From positions 3,716 through 67,715 of IMG/VR virus record IMGVR_UViG_3300037423_000582: DNA of 64,000 nt; one strand, written 5' to 3'. Below are positions 62,953 through 64,000 of the stretch, in pieces. The translations under genes were made by a program, and so were the position numbers. The notes below the pieces were generated by a model. The model ran no database searches, had not been told where the DNA came from, and was given only the letters and a program-made list of their open reading frames with translations. The first letter of the stretch is position 1. Each line of letters starts with the position of its first letter. This DNA comes from a virus. Lineage: Duplodnaviria > Caudoviricetes.

Positions 62953-63186
62953 ATGAACAAGCCAGTAGTTCAAGCGCCGTGCCCGCGGTGCGGTACGCTC
63001 CATACACGCAGCGAGTACAAACCCCACATCGAGAAAGGGCGAACAGTGCTCGGTCCACATGACGTGAAATGTTCGTGCGGTCTGGAGCTGCGTTGGCGCG
63101 TCCCGCTGTTCAAACAAACCGAGTCTGGCTATGTACTCGGTTTGCTGCGATTCGACGAGACGCCCTTTTTCGAGGATACGAAATGA
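62953..63186 (+). CDS. small Zn-ribbon protein
   Basis: CPRCG...CSCG; GAGGA SD. Confidence 0.6.
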   Translation: MNKPVVQAPCPRCGTLHTRSEYKPHIEKGRTVLGPHDVKCSCGLELRWRVPLFKQTESGYVLGLLRFDETPFFEDTK

Positions 63187-64000
63187 ACAAGCAGGCATAC
63201 GACAAGATCACCAAGGCGCGCACGACGCTGCTCATCGACCAGCCATTCTTCGGCACGCTAGCGATGCGCCTGGAACTGGTGCAGGACCCAAGCATCCAGA
63301 CGCTGAATGTCGATGGAAAGACGATGCGCTATAACCCGGACTTCCTCAACGCGCTGCCGAACGACGTCGCTGCGTCGGCCGTGGCGCACGAGGTCATGCA
63401 CTGCGTGCTGGAGCACTGTGGCGCGTCTGGGCGCGGGATCAGCCTGAATCCGGAAAAGTGGAACTGGGCCTGCGACTATGTCGTGAACGACATGCTGGTG
63501 CAGTCCGGCTTCAAGCTGGGCGAAGGCTGGCTGCACGACACGCAGTATCGCGGCAAGACGGCCGAGCAGATCTATTCCATGATCCCGGACCCGCCGCCCG
63601 GCAGTGGTGGCGCGCCGAAGCCGAACCAGCCAGGACCGCTCGACAAGGTCTTGCCCGGCCCGACTGACCCTGCCATGCAGCAGGCCCAGGCCGCCGACTG
63701 GCATGTCGCCGCGCAGCAGGCCGCTGCAGCCGCTAAGGCGGCCGGCCAGCTGCACGAATCGATGGAGCAGTTCATCGAGAAGGCCAGCCGTAACAAGGTC
63801 GACTGGCGCGAGCAGCTGCGCCTGTTCGTGATGAACGCCGCGAAGAACGACTATTCGTGGCAGCGCCTGAATCGCAAGATGCAGGCGGCCGGCTATTTCC
63901 TGCCGGGCCTGTACAGCGAGGAGATGGGGCCGATCTTCATCGCGTCCGACGAGTCCGGTTCCGTGAGCCAGAAGGTCGTCGAGGCGTTCGCCGCCGAGAT
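63183..64000 (+). CDS. DUF2201 metallopeptidase-like + vWA protein (3' truncated)
   Basis: PFFG.LAMRL, VDG, HEVMH (HExxH), WNWACDYVVN, VDWREQL, MIDAS-like SDESGS. Confidence 0.88.
   Translation, partial: MNKQAYDKITKARTTLLIDQPFFGTLAMRLELVQDPSIQTLNVDGKTMRYNPDFLNALPNDVAASAVAHEVMHCVLEHCGASGRGISLNPEKWNWACDYVVNDMLVQSGFKLGEGWLHDTQYRGKTAEQIYSMIPDPPPGSGGAPKPNQPGPLDKVLPGPTDPAMQQAQAADWHVAAQQAAAAAKAAGQLHESMEQFIEKASRNKVDWREQLRLFVMNAAKNDYSWQRLNRKMQAAGYFLPGLYSEEMGPIFIASDESGSVSQKVVEAFAAE

Noticed and set aside
1-64000. Prophage or lysogeny module; alternative genetic code
   Set aside because: No integrase, repressor, att-like site or host genes were recognised. Core genes are uninterrupted under the standard code and all three stops are used.

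Overview
The whole window is a high-GC (visually about 63-65%) tailed dsDNA phage genome, probably podovirus-like (no tape-measure or sheath gene recognised). The host is probably a GC-rich proteobacterium (inference). It is cut inside a SNF2-type helicase at the left edge and inside a DUF2201/vWA metallopeptidase-like gene at the right edge. Layout: (i) 1-14721 (+) replication and nucleotide genes (helicase, ThyX, family A polymerase, SSB-like protein, exonuclease, PD-(D/E)xK nuclease, HNH, ATP-dependent ligase, MazG-like protein) followed by an accessory island; (ii) 15070-44917 (-) morphogenesis and lysis (2086-aa internal protein, ejection-like proteins, tail, Rz/Rz1, holin-like genes, GH19 endolysin, tail fibre, capsid, scaffold, portal, TerL, TerS); (iii) 45295-64000 (+) early/accessory block with a primase-SF3 helicase, a LamG+SGNH esterase cassette and a MoxR-AAA/DUF3150/DUF2201-vWA cluster. 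No integrase, repressor, tRNA or CRISPR array was recognised. The strongest leads are: (1) a shared near-C-terminal decapeptide (hydrophobic-rich, ending in RL) on seven otherwise unrelated small proteins interleaved with the MoxR/vWA genes, plus several looser copies elsewhere; (2) a three-domain fusion (unknown domain + gp49/66 family + RyR domain) that looks like a multi-pathway anti-immune-signal protein; (3) two homologous AT-rich, CTTCC(A/G)-studded origin-like elements about 33.8 kb apart; (4) a stand-alone virion-accessory esterase cassette outside the structural operon. All family names come from motif recognition by eye; no database search was run.
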